DNA from: an uncultured Candidatus Saccharibacteria bacterium
GTDB taxonomy: Bacteria; Patescibacteriota; Minisyncoccia; Minisyncoccales; GWA2-38-27
Length of the DNA stretch: 59,795 nucleotides
Assembly (NCBI GenBank): GCA_964391095.1
Contig: CAYMJA010000001.1
Span: 1 to 59,795, forward strand
Direction of reading: 5' to 3'
Every line of letters begins with the position of its first letter. Position 1 is the first letter of the stretch. Made by a program: the position numbers and the translations under genes. Of this stretch, positions 46,856-55,749 are shown piece by piece. Below the pieces are notes generated by a model that made no database searches, was not told where the DNA came from, and was given only the letters and a program-made list of their open reading frames with translations.

Positions 46856-48152
46856 CCCCGTTAGAAATCCTTAAATTTAATTCAATTTTATCAAGGTTTT
46901 CTGGAATCTTTTTTCTCCAAATAGGCCAAGATTTTATCTCAATTTTAGTTATCTGAGAATGGTTTTCCAAAAATATTTTGGCTTCTTTAAAAGATTTGCC
47001 TAAGAGAGCTTTTTTAATTTCTGTGAGGTTAACATCTGAATAAATTTTAGCTCTAATTTTTAAATTTAGAATAACCTTCTCCGATTTTACATCCACTGAT
47101 TCAGGGGAATAATTGATTTCTAAGCTTTCTTCCTGAAGTTTTTTACCTTCAGGAATATTTAAACTAATAAAACTTTTAGCAAACCCTTCTATATCTGCTT
47201 TCTGAAATCCCAGTCCTTTGGAGCTAATTCTAACTTGGTAATTAAAGAATTCGGCTTCGGTATTGGCTTCCACAGAAGTACTGCTTTCTATAATTTCTTG
47301 AGATATTGTTTCGTCTAATGAGATAAAATCTAAAGGAAGAGCTGCTTTTAAAAAATCCCTGCTTTCTTTTTTCAATTTCTCAGTTAAAGCATTCTCAGCT
47401 TTTTCCAGGTCCTCTTGAGTAACTTGAGAAACTTTGCCCCTAAAACCGCCAGTCATCGAAGTAAAAGATTTTCCATAAAAACTAGTATATCTTGGGGTTC
47501 CGGCAAATCCAGGAATAGAAAAGGTGGAAGGACCGATGCTATATTCTTCCCCTGCTTCGGCTGCTCGAACCTTTATATCAGTATAACTCGGAATAAGCTT
47601 TCCTTTTTCGTATATTCCCCCTGGAATTATCTCTCTCTTAACCGACCTAAATAATTTTCCCTCAGTAGAAACAAATCGAGTATTAGAAAGCAAGGCCTGA
47701 GAAAGCGTAGAATAAGCATTATAAACCCGAATTACGCCTTCTGCTTTTTCTTCTTTCAATGTTTTACCGGAAGCGGAAAATTCTTGAGAAGAAAATTTTT
47801 CATCCATCAAAACCTTTCCAGGGATAACTCTATCTTTTACCCAGATAGAGGGTTGAAACTGATCATAATTTGAATCAATAGTACCCGTCTCTTCAAAGTT
47901 TAAAGTTTCGGCTTCTGGCCAAATGTCAATCTTTGCTTTAGAAAAAAAGAAAAAACCTGAAACTCCTATCAAGATTAAAATAAAAGAACATAAAATAAAA
48001 CCCCTTAAAAGAAATCTTTTATCTCCAAAAATTTTAGGGGAAATTTTAGGCCCGTGCCTTTTTTCCAAGTTTTTTTCTGCCACTTTCTTCCGTTTAAAAT
48101 CTTGAGAGGTTTTTATTTTTTGAGGAGGTATAATATCAAAAAATTTCTTCAT
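46848..48152 (-). CDS. Hypothetical membrane-anchored protein (434 aa)
   Basis: N-terminal TM (ILCSFILILIGVSGFFFF) followed by a large extracytoplasmic domain. No motif recognised. Confidence 0.65.
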   Translation of the reverse strand: MKKFFDIIPPQKIKTSQDFKRKKVAEKNLEKRHGPKISPKIFGDKRFLLRGFILCSFILILIGVSGFFFFSKAKIDIWPEAETLNFEETGTIDSNYDQFQPSIWVKDRVIPGKVLMDEKFSSQEFSASGKTLKEEKAEGVIRVYNAYSTLSQALLSNTRFVSTEGKLFRSVKREIIPGGIYEKGKLIPSYTDIKVRAAEAGEEYSIGPSTFSIPGFAGTPRYTSFYGKSFTSMTGGFRGKVSQVTQEDLEKAENALTEKLKKESRDFLKAALPLDFISLDETISQEIIESSTSVEANTEAEFFNYQVRISSKGLGFQKADIEGFAKSFISLNIPEGKKLQEESLEINYSPESVDVKSEKVILNLKIRAKIYSDVNLTEIKKALLGKSFKEAKIFLENHSQITKIEIKSWPIWRKKIPENLDKIELNLRISNGVD

Positions 48153-48196
48153 AACTTAATTTTACCTTGTTAAAAATTTGCTGACAAGTTCATGTA

Positions 48197-49897
48197 TTAG
48201 GCAACAGAACGATTTTCTAAAATCGCTCGGATTCTTCTTACGCCTCCGCCGGAGCTTTCCTCTTTTATAATTTTAAAATGGCCTAATTCTGAGGTTCTTT
48301 TTATATGAGGTCCGGCACAAATCTCTTTTGAGAAACTCCCAATTGAATAAACTGTTACTCTCTCAGGATACTTTTCCTTGAAAAATGCCAGAGCTCCAGA
48401 TTTTAAGGCATCCTTATAGGACATTTCCTCTTTTTTTACCTCTAAATCTTCTTTAATTTTCTGATTGACAATATTCTCAACTTTTTTAATTTCTTTTTCA
48501 TTCATTTTCTGAGGATGAGAAAAATCAAAACGAAGTCGTTGAGGAGTAATATCAGAACCCATCTGTTTAATATGCCTTCCCAAAACCTCTCTCAATGCCT
48601 GGTGTAATAAATGAGTGGCAGTATGCAGTTTTGTTGCTTCATAGGCTGCTTCTTTTCCCACCCCGCCAAATTTACTTTTAGCCCCAGCCCGTGAGATTTC
48701 TTGGTGTCTTTTAAACGCTTCTTGAAACTCTTTGTCATCAACCCTTAAACCCTTTTCTTCTGCCAATTCTTCGGTAAGCTCCCAAGGAAATCCATAACTC
48801 TGATAAAGGTTAAATGCTTCCTCCCCGGTAATGTCCTTGTTCTTTTTAATTAGTTTATCAAATTCTTTCAGTCCCTTTTCTAAGGTCATTCCGAATTTTT
48901 CCTCCTCTTTCTGAATAACAGTCAAGATATCTGCCTCATTAGATTTAACCTCGGGATAAATATCTTGATACATCTCTATAACTTTCTGAGCCAAAGGAAT
49001 TAAGAAGCCCTTTGGCGTCTTTAAAAGTTTTCCATAACGAATCGCTCTTCTCAATAATCTCCTTAAAACATAACCCTGCTCAACATTTGAAGGAAAAACC
49101 CCTTCGGCCGCTAAAAAAACTGAACTTTTAATATGGTCGGCAATAATACGAAAAGGTTTAGGATTAAGCTTATAGGATTTAGTGGCATTTTTTTTAATTT
49201 CAGAAATAATCGGCTCAAATAAATCTGTTTCGAAAACAGACGGCTTTTGTTGAACAACCATAGCTAATCTCTCAAGGCCCATTCCAGTATCAACTCCTTT
49301 TTGTTTCAAAGGTGTCAGTTTTTTATCTCGGCTTTGATAGTATTCGTTAAAAACTAAATTCCACAATTCTACGCCATTTACATAAATTTCAGTTGTCGGA
49401 CCACAGGGTCCTTCTCTTCCGGTGGGACCCCAGAAATTATCTTCTCTGCCAAATTTTTTGATTTTTGTTTTTGAAATGCCTAAATCCTGCCAGATTTTCT
49501 CCGATTCTTTATCCTCCGGAATTTGCCCATCACCTGCAAAAACAGAAACATAATCAATTTTCAAACCAACCTCTTTTGTTATAAATTGGTAGGCAAATTC
49601 AATGGCTTCTTTTTTAAAGTAATTTCCGAAACTAAAATTTCCCAGCATTTCAAGAAAGGTTAAATGGGTTTCATCCCCTACTTCTTCTATATCCGAAGTC
49701 CTAAAACATTTCTGGCAGGATGTAACTCTATTTCCATAAGGAGATGGCTCTCCTAAAAAATATTTTTTAAATTGCTGCATTCCAGCCGTAACAAACAAAA
49801 CACTAGAGTCGATGGGTAATAAAGAAGATGAGGACACAATCTTATGCCCTCTTTTTTCAAAAAAGTCTAAAAAAGATTTACGAAGTTCATTGTTCAT
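48197..49897 (-). CDS. alaS: Alanyl-tRNA synthetase, short form (566 aa, no C-Ala domain)
   Basis: FVTAGMQQFK, GNFSFGNYFK, editing motifs HTATHLLHQAL and CAGPH. Ends right after GGGVRRIRA. Confidence 0.92.
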   Translation of the reverse strand: MNNELRKSFLDFFEKRGHKIVSSSSLLPIDSSVLFVTAGMQQFKKYFLGEPSPYGNRVTSCQKCFRTSDIEEVGDETHLTFLEMLGNFSFGNYFKKEAIEFAYQFITKEVGLKIDYVSVFAGDGQIPEDKESEKIWQDLGISKTKIKKFGREDNFWGPTGREGPCGPTTEIYVNGVELWNLVFNEYYQSRDKKLTPLKQKGVDTGMGLERLAMVVQQKPSVFETDLFEPIISEIKKNATKSYKLNPKPFRIIADHIKSSVFLAAEGVFPSNVEQGYVLRRLLRRAIRYGKLLKTPKGFLIPLAQKVIEMYQDIYPEVKSNEADILTVIQKEEEKFGMTLEKGLKEFDKLIKKNKDITGEEAFNLYQSYGFPWELTEELAEEKGLRVDDKEFQEAFKRHQEISRAGAKSKFGGVGKEAAYEATKLHTATHLLHQALREVLGRHIKQMGSDITPQRLRFDFSHPQKMNEKEIKKVENIVNQKIKEDLEVKKEEMSYKDALKSGALAFFKEKYPERVTVYSIGSFSKEICAGPHIKRTSELGHFKIIKEESSGGGVRRIRAILENRSVA

Positions 49898-49901
49898 TGC
49901 T

Positions 49902-50423
49902 TTAGCTGTATCTGTCCGCTACTACTGAGGCAATATAGGCCTCTGGTTTAATTTTGGGCTCAAATCCATTGCCCCGAATAAGTCCGGTTAATTCTTTTAT
50001 CATATCTTTTGTTTGACCATTTTCACCAATATCAGCATGGATGTAACGGAATTGATAACGAAAATCTTTGCTTTTCAATTTCTGGATTTTCTTCGTGAAA
50101 TTCTCTCTTAAAAACAAAGCAAAATCACAAGATAATAAAACCTCTTGTAAAATGCGATTTCTCCAATTAACAAATCTTTTATTAAAGTTAGAAGAATATT
50201 TTACTTTCTTAAGAAAAAATCTTCCTCCTTCGCCTACTCTCAAAATCGCCACAGCTACCGGAAAATGCGGCTCATTTCCCGAGGAAGAATCACAGCCGAC
50301 AATAATATCATAGAATTTCTCTGGTTTTTCTAACATATAATTTATCATCTCCTCCATCACTTTTTCGGCTGTTAAATTTCCTCGGGTTGGATTAAAAAAA
50401 TGACCTTGCAAAGTTTTTTCCAT
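49902..50423 (-). CDS. YkuK/DUF458-like RNase H-fold protein
   Basis: DIIVGCDSS...AVAILRVGEGGRFF resembles the YkuK family. This is from memory; moderate confidence. Confidence 0.5.
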   Translation of the reverse strand: MEKTLQGHFFNPTRGNLTAEKVMEEMINYMLEKPEKFYDIIVGCDSSSGNEPHFPVAVAILRVGEGGRFFLKKVKYSSNFNKRFVNWRNRILQEVLLSCDFALFLRENFTKKIQKLKSKDFRYQFRYIHADIGENGQTKDMIKELTGLIRGNGFEPKIKPEAYIASVVADRYS

Positions 50424-50432
50424 AACAAAAAC

Positions 50433-50460
50433 ACTTTAACATATCTTAAGAAAAAATCAA
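50433..50460 (-). promoter_or_regulatory. Sigma70-like promoter (GGGGTTGATT-16-TAAAGT)
   Basis: Located 10 nt upstream of the ATG at 50423. Confidence 0.45.
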
Positions 50461-50530
50461 CCCCGCTCTCTATAGTATATTTTATATCAATAATTAAATA
50501 TGTTTAAAACCTCAATTTAAACACTCACTT

Positions 50531-51313
50531 TTAAACACTCACTACTTTGATTATCTCAATAAACTCTTTGGCGTTTAAAGAGGCTCCTCCGACAAGAAGC
50601 CCTTGAAGATGGGCTTCTTTTATATAAGCAGCGGCATTTTTACTATTTACACTACCTCCATAAAGAATTCTAATCTTTTTAGCAATTGGAGAACTATAAA
50701 GTTTAGTAATAATCTTTCTAATAAGCAAACCTATTTTCTGGCTTTCTTCAACACCACAAGCTTTCCCTGTCCCAATGGCCCAAATAGGTTCATAAGCAAT
50801 AATGATTTTAGAAAATTTAGCTTTTGAAACGCCCTTAAGGTTAAAAATGAGCTGATTCCTTAAAACTTTTTCAGTATTTCCTTGCTCTCTCTCTTTTTTG
50901 GCTTCACCAATACATAAAATAGGACTCATTTTAGCTTTAATGACAGCCCTTAATTTTTTGTTTATTATTTCGTCGGTTTCCTGAAAATATCTTCGCCTCT
51001 CAGAATGGCCGATAATAACATATTGACAAGCTAAATCCAAAAGCTGGTCCGGAGAAATTTCACCCGTATAAGCCCCTTTTTGTTCCCAAAAACAATTCTG
51101 CGAGCCAAGGACAAGTTTTCCTCCGCCCGTTTTTTGACGGGCGGAGGAAAGGGCTCCTAAAATAGGAAGGTAAATAAAGGGCGGACAAATAACTACCTCG
51201 ACTTTTTTGAAATCTCTCAACCCTTTTTTAACTGAATTAAAGAGACATTTAGCTTCACTTACGGTTAAGGGATTCATTTTCCAGTTGGCAATAACTAAGG
51301 GTTTCATATTCAT
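50531..51313 (-). CDS. tpiA: Triosephosphate isomerase with in-frame GC hairpin insert
   Basis: IANWKMN, IIGHSERR, AYEPIWAIGTG, GGASL. Confidence 0.95.
   Translation of the reverse strand: MNMKPLVIANWKMNPLTVSEAKCLFNSVKKGLRDFKKVEVVICPPFIYLPILGALSSARQKTGGGKLVLGSQNCFWEQKGAYTGEISPDQLLDLACQYVIIGHSERRRYFQETDEIINKKLRAVIKAKMSPILCIGEAKKEREQGNTEKVLRNQLIFNLKGVSKAKFSKIIIAYEPIWAIGTGKACGVEESQKIGLLIRKIITKLYSSPIAKKIRILYGGSVNSKNAAAYIKEAHLQGLLVGGASLNAKEFIEIIKVVSV
51120..51147. repeat. GC-rich hairpin (CCTCCGCCCGT/ACGGGCGGAGG) in-frame in tpiA
   Basis: 11-12-bp stem around a T-rich loop, encoding SARQKTGGG. Confidence 0.85.
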
Positions 51314-52374
51314 TGTTTGCGTAAATAGGCTGCTGCTGCTTCTGGCTCAATCGTTGAAATTTCCATTTGGGTTCCGATTTCAAACCCAGCCAAAACAGCT
51401 GTTTTTGGTAAAATCGTCCAATGCCAATGATAACAGTCGTATTTTCTGTTATCAGAAGGAGCGGTATGCAAATAAAAATTATAAGGGGGATTATTGAGGG
51501 CTTTAAAAAGTTTACTCAAGGTTTTCTGAAAGGCCTCGGCAAGGCTCCACTTTTCTTCTTCTGTTATCTGTTCAAAATAAGATAAGTGCTTTTTTGGTGA
51601 AACAATAACTTGAAAAGCGGTTTTGGAAGCAAAAGGACATACTACTAAAAAATCTTTATTTTCAAAAACAATTCTTTTTTTAACTTTCCTTTCCCATTCG
51701 TTCATTTGACAATAAACACATTTTTCATGTTTTTTATAATAATTTTGAGAATTTGAGAGTGCCCCTTGAAGGTCAACATCAATAAGGGGAGTAGTAATTA
51801 TTTGAGAATGAGGATGGGCAATAGAAGCCCCTGCTTCTCTGCCATGATTATGAAAAATAGAAATATGGTTAACAAATTTTTTAGGCATTAAATCTAAATA
51901 TCGGAACTGATAAGCATCAAATACTTCTTTTATTTGGTCTATTGAAAATTGAGCCATTTGTTTTTCGTGGTCGCGAGTAACTATCACCTCATGATAACCA
52001 ACGGCATTCATCTTCTGATATAACTTCCCCTCGGTCTGCTTATCTAACTTATGGAAAGGCATAAAAGCTGGATATTTATTAGGAAAAACAATAACTGTCC
52101 AATTTTTAGGAATCTCTTGCCAGTTTTTAAAGGAAAATTTTTTTCCTTTGGCAATAATTAGGGTCGGTTTTGCTTGAGTAGTAATTTGGCAAAAGGGACA
52201 AGTTTTTTTGGAAACTTTTTCGCTGGTTGTTTTCTCTTTTTTAAAACTTTCCGGCCTTTTAGCCCTACCGGTAGCGATAACAACCCAATTTCCGCTTGCT
52301 AAATCCAGTCTTAGTTCTGAAGAAAATTTTGGTTCTTTGCCCTCTGCTTTTTTTAATTTAGATTTTTTTGACAT
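51310..52374 (-). CDS. galT: Galactose-1-phosphate uridylyltransferase-like HIT-family enzyme
   Basis: CPFCQ zinc motif and HPHSQI (HxHxQ) active site. Confidence 0.8.
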   Translation of the reverse strand: MSKKSKLKKAEGKEPKFSSELRLDLASGNWVVIATGRAKRPESFKKEKTTSEKVSKKTCPFCQITTQAKPTLIIAKGKKFSFKNWQEIPKNWTVIVFPNKYPAFMPFHKLDKQTEGKLYQKMNAVGYHEVIVTRDHEKQMAQFSIDQIKEVFDAYQFRYLDLMPKKFVNHISIFHNHGREAGASIAHPHSQIITTPLIDVDLQGALSNSQNYYKKHEKCVYCQMNEWERKVKKRIVFENKDFLVVCPFASKTAFQVIVSPKKHLSYFEQITEEEKWSLAEAFQKTLSKLFKALNNPPYNFYLHTAPSDNRKYDCYHWHWTILPKTAVLAGFEIGTQMEISTIEPEAAAAYLRKQ

Positions 52375-53110
52375 ATTTATGAGTGATTAAGTTCCACCTT
52401 ATCTTAAGTAAATCAAATCCCATTTTTATCATCCCTTTGAATTTCACCTTACTCTCGGGATCATTTACCCAAACAACTGGAATCTCTTTAATTCTATAGC
52501 CTAATTTTTTTCCGATTATTAAAATTTCAGGGTCAAAAGCCCAGCGATTAATTTTGCATCTTGGAAAAATATCGTTTACTGCTTTAAGAGTAAATCCCTT
52601 AAAACCACATTGACTATCCCAAACTCCCCAAAGACCAACAATTATTTGAACCAGTAAGTTAAATACATTCCCCACTACTCTTCTAGACCATGACTGAGGA
52701 TTAGCAATAACGGCTTCTTTCACATCTCTAGAGCCGATTACAATGTCATAACCTTTTTCAAAATAAGGTAATATCTTTTCGACCTGATCGATTGAGGTTG
52801 AATTATCAGCATCAATAAATAACCGATATTTTCCTTTTGCTTTTAGCATTCCCTGCCGAACAACAAAACCCTTGCCATGATTTTCTTTATTGTCAATCAA
52901 TTCCAAATTCCTAATTCTTGATTTCAAATCTCTCACAACCTTAGCTGTTTCATCTTTTGAGCCGTCATTAACAACAATAATTTCGTAAGAAGCTTGTCCT
53001 GAGCCCGATGAAGGATAAGTTTGTTTTCTTAAATATTTATCAATTTCAATTAGAGTTTTAGGCAAGCGCCTTTCTTCATTATAAGCTGGAATAATAATTG
53101 ATAAGTACAT
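52358..53110 (-). CDS. GT2 glycosyltransferase (polyprenyl-phosphate hexosyltransferase-like)
   Basis: LSIIIPAYNEE, YEIIVVNDGSKDET, FIDADNS. Confidence 0.85.
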   Translation of the reverse strand: MYLSIIIPAYNEERRLPKTLIEIDKYLRKQTYPSSGSGQASYEIIVVNDGSKDETAKVVRDLKSRIRNLELIDNKENHGKGFVVRQGMLKAKGKYRLFIDADNSTSIDQVEKILPYFEKGYDIVIGSRDVKEAVIANPQSWSRRVVGNVFNLLVQIIVGLWGVWDSQCGFKGFTLKAVNDIFPRCKINRWAFDPEILIIGKKLGYRIKEIPVVWVNDPESKVKFKGMIKMGFDLLKIRWNLITHKYVKKI

Positions 53111-53162
53111 ATCCTATTGTTTAATCTATTATAACAAAAAAAAGAATAAAGAGTAGTGGAAA

Positions 53163-53199
53163 TAAATAAAAAAAGGGGGCTCTTTTGATTGAGCCCCTT
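53163..53199 (-). terminator. Rho-independent terminator after the 128-aa ORF
   Basis: GGGGCTC/GAGCCCC stem followed by a T-run on the minus strand. Confidence 0.75.
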
Positions 53200-53250
53200 A
53201 TTGTTGGGTTAGAGAAAATGGGTTTTATTAGGGAAGAAATTGCGTTTCTA

Positions 53251-53637
53251 TCAGCGAACTATTTGTAGTACTTGCACTTTCGTCTTCTCTGTCGCCAGAC
53301 CCCTCAGAAGTGGACCTACTACTGTTTTCAAGGTTTGTCTCAACCTCTTGTCATTGTCAAAGTCCTCAGGACCCAGGACCAAAGACATCCCTCTTTTTGA
53401 AGCTCCGGCAAAAACCCCTTTTTCTGAGATTTCCACCCGGCTAGTTTCTGCTATTCCTGCTGTCTTGGCATCCCACCCACTCGCTGGATAAATATCAATC
53501 TCTATTCCATCCTTGGCCATTTGGATTAGTCCGGAGAAGAGTTTCTTCAGCTCTTCTACCTTCTTTGTACTTGTTAGCCCCTTTTCCTCACCAATCATTT
53601 CATTAACCCCATTAAGTATTTCGGCTACGCTTTTCAT
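53251..53637 (-). CDS. Hypothetical protein, compositionally foreign (about 50% GC)
   Basis: 128-aa ORF with own consensus promoter, RBS GAAGGGGGGG and terminator. Confidence 0.65.
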   Translation of the reverse strand: MKSVAEILNGVNEMIGEEKGLTSTKKVEELKKLFSGLIQMAKDGIEIDIYPASGWDAKTAGIAETSRVEISEKGVFAGASKRGMSLVLGPEDFDNDKRLRQTLKTVVGPLLRGLATEKTKVQVLQIVR

Positions 53638-53677
53638 AATTTTCCCCCCCTTCTCTTATTAAATTGTTAATATCTAT

Positions 53678-53705
53678 ATTATACACCTACATCTAAATTT
53701 GTCAA
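53678..53705 (-). promoter_or_regulatory. Consensus sigma70 promoter (TTGACA-16-TATAAT) overlapping the map 3' end
   Basis: Minus strand reads cTTGACAaatttagatgtaggtgTATAAT. Confidence 0.6.
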
Positions 53706-54437
53706 GACCCTGGGGCCATTTTCAGTGACAGCTATTGTATGCTCAAAATGGGCTGACAAAGAATCATCTCTTGTTTGATAACCATAACTGTCTTTGGTTT
53801 TTTTTAACCGCCAATCCCCTACTACGACCATAGGTTCAATACAAAAAACCATACCTTTCTTGATTTTAGCTCCTGTTTTTCTTTTTCCATAATTCAAAAC
53901 TTGAGGGTCTTCGTGTAATTCTCTACCAATTCCGTGACCGCAAAGATCCCGAACCACATTATACCCCTGGTCTTCAACATATCTTTGGATAGTATTGCCG
54001 ATATCACCAAAGGTATTTCCAATACGAACTTTTTTTATTCCTCTTTTCAGGGCTTTTTTTGTCACTCTAATCAATCTTTGGGCCTCTGGAGAAATTTTCC
54101 CTACCGGAACTGTTATGGCCATATCGCTGTGAAAACCTTTAAAAATAAGGCCAGCATCCAAAGAAATAATATCTCCTTCTTTTAAAATTCTTTCGGAAGG
54201 CACAGTATGGACAATTTCTTCATTGACGGAAGTACAAAGGGCGGCTGGATAACCTTGATGTCCTTTAAAATTAGGTTTAGCTCCGGATTTTAAAACTAGG
54301 CTCTCAAAGAGCCTGTCTAATTCCATGGTTCTAACCCCTGGTTTTACTTTTTCTGCCACTTCTTTCATAATTTGAGCCAGAATTTTCCCACCCTTAGCCA
54401 TTGCTTGAATTTCTTTTGCTGATTTTATGGTTATCAT
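53679..54437 (-). CDS. map: Methionine aminopeptidase type I
   Basis: Metal ligands are in context (DAGLIFKGFHSD, GHGIG, FCIEP, EHT). Confidence 0.95.
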   Translation of the reverse strand: MITIKSAKEIQAMAKGGKILAQIMKEVAEKVKPGVRTMELDRLFESLVLKSGAKPNFKGHQGYPAALCTSVNEEIVHTVPSERILKEGDIISLDAGLIFKGFHSDMAITVPVGKISPEAQRLIRVTKKALKRGIKKVRIGNTFGDIGNTIQRYVEDQGYNVVRDLCGHGIGRELHEDPQVLNYGKRKTGAKIKKGMVFCIEPMVVVGDWRLKKTKDSYGYQTRDDSLSAHFEHTIAVTENGPRVLTNLDVGV

Positions 54438-54438
54438 C

Positions 54439-55011
54439 TCATTTGATTGCCTTTAAAATATCTTTAACTTTTTCTTTTAACTCGTCTATTGTTCCGGTAT
54501 TAATAATAGTGAAATCTGCCATTACAATAGGCCCACCTTTTTCTATATTTTCAATCTCCGAATAATCGCGTGTTCTTGCTTCTTCTTCTGCGAGAGACCT
54601 AAAGCGTTGATTATAATCATCTTTAACATTTCTATTTTTTAATCTTTCATACCTTACTTTCGGCGGGGCATATACTGCTATAATATACATTGAATCACTA
54701 TACTTTTCTTTAAGAATTTTATATTCTGACCAACTATAAAGTCCATCAACCACTACATTAGATTTCTCTAATAATTCATCCAATTTAGGTATATTAAGAA
54801 TAGCAAGCGCGGCCATTCCGTGTTTTCTCCTCAGGTCCTCTCTTGTCTTTCTTTCATGGGCTTCGTTAGTCTCCAGACCGTTTTCCTTGATTTTATCGAT
54901 AATAATCTGACCAAATCTCAAATAAGAAAAACCTTGCTTTACTAATTCATCAGAAACTATACTTTTACCCGCTCCAGGCATTCCCACAACAGAGATAATT
55001 TTATTTGGCAT
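54439..55011 (-). CDS. P-loop nucleotide/nucleoside kinase-family protein
   Basis: ISVVGMPGAGKS Walker A; small (190 aa); sits between adk and map. Confidence 0.6.
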   Translation of the reverse strand: MPNKIISVVGMPGAGKSIVSDELVKQGFSYLRFGQIIIDKIKENGLETNEAHERKTREDLRRKHGMAALAILNIPKLDELLEKSNVVVDGLYSWSEYKILKEKYSDSMYIIAVYAPPKVRYERLKNRNVKDDYNQRFRSLAEEEARTRDYSEIENIEKGGPIVMADFTIINTGTIDELKEKVKDILKAIK

Positions 55012-55017
55012 AAAAGA

Positions 55018-55677
55018 CTATTTAATATTTTTCAAAATTTCTTTAAATACATCTTCAATCGGTTGTTCACCATTGATTTTTATTAATCTTCTTTGTTTTT
55101 TATAATAGTTTATTGATTTTAAGGTTTCTTTTTTATATTCTTCGAGACGTTTTTCTATTGACGGAATAGTATCATCGGCTCGAGTCACAAGCTCGCCACC
55201 ACACTGATAACATTTTTTGAGTTTTTTAAATTCTCCCACCCAGGGAATCAGTCTACCACATTTTTTACACTGCCTTCTCTTCGTCAAACGATTAAAGGAT
55301 TCTCTCCTCCGAATATTAATAAGAAATACTTTTACTTTTTTGTCCCATTCATACCAATTTAAAGCCTCATCAACCAATATGGCTTCATGAATTATCCTTG
55401 TGCAGCCATCTAAAACAAAACCGTTAATTTTTGGCTGTTTTTTTAATTTTTCTAATTGATCTCCTAAAAGTTTAATAACAACAAAACTGGGCGCCAACCC
55501 TCCTTTATTCAGAACCTTAATAAGCTTTTCCCCGGTAAAATCACTCACCTTCTGACGGGCTCGCAGGGTTTTACCGCTTCCAATATATTTTAATTTAAAC
55601 TTCTTACAAAGAAGTTTTGCCTGAGTGCCCTTTCCAGAACCCGGTGGTCCTAATAAAATTATGACTTGTTTACTCAT
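55018..55677 (-). CDS. adk: Adenylate kinase (zinc-lid type)
   Basis: LLGPPGSGKGTQA; lid CKKCGR...CYQCGG. Confidence 0.93.
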   Translation of the reverse strand: MSKQVIILLGPPGSGKGTQAKLLCKKFKLKYIGSGKTLRARQKVSDFTGEKLIKVLNKGGLAPSFVVIKLLGDQLEKLKKQPKINGFVLDGCTRIIHEAILVDEALNWYEWDKKVKVFLINIRRRESFNRLTKRRQCKKCGRLIPWVGEFKKLKKCYQCGGELVTRADDTIPSIEKRLEEYKKETLKSINYYKKQRRLIKINGEQPIEDVFKEILKNIK

Positions 55678-55691
55678 AAATCGCTAATCAA

Positions 55692-55746
55692 TCTCTAATT
55701 CATTCGCGAATATTCGCGAATTTAAAAATTCGCCATTAATTAGAGA
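55692..55746. repeat. Nested palindrome in the secY-adk spacer
   Basis: Outer stem TCTCTAATT/AATTAGAGA, enclosing the perfect 20-nt palindrome ATTCGCGAATATTCGCGAAT (55702-55721). Confidence 0.85.
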
Positions 55747-55749
55747 AAG

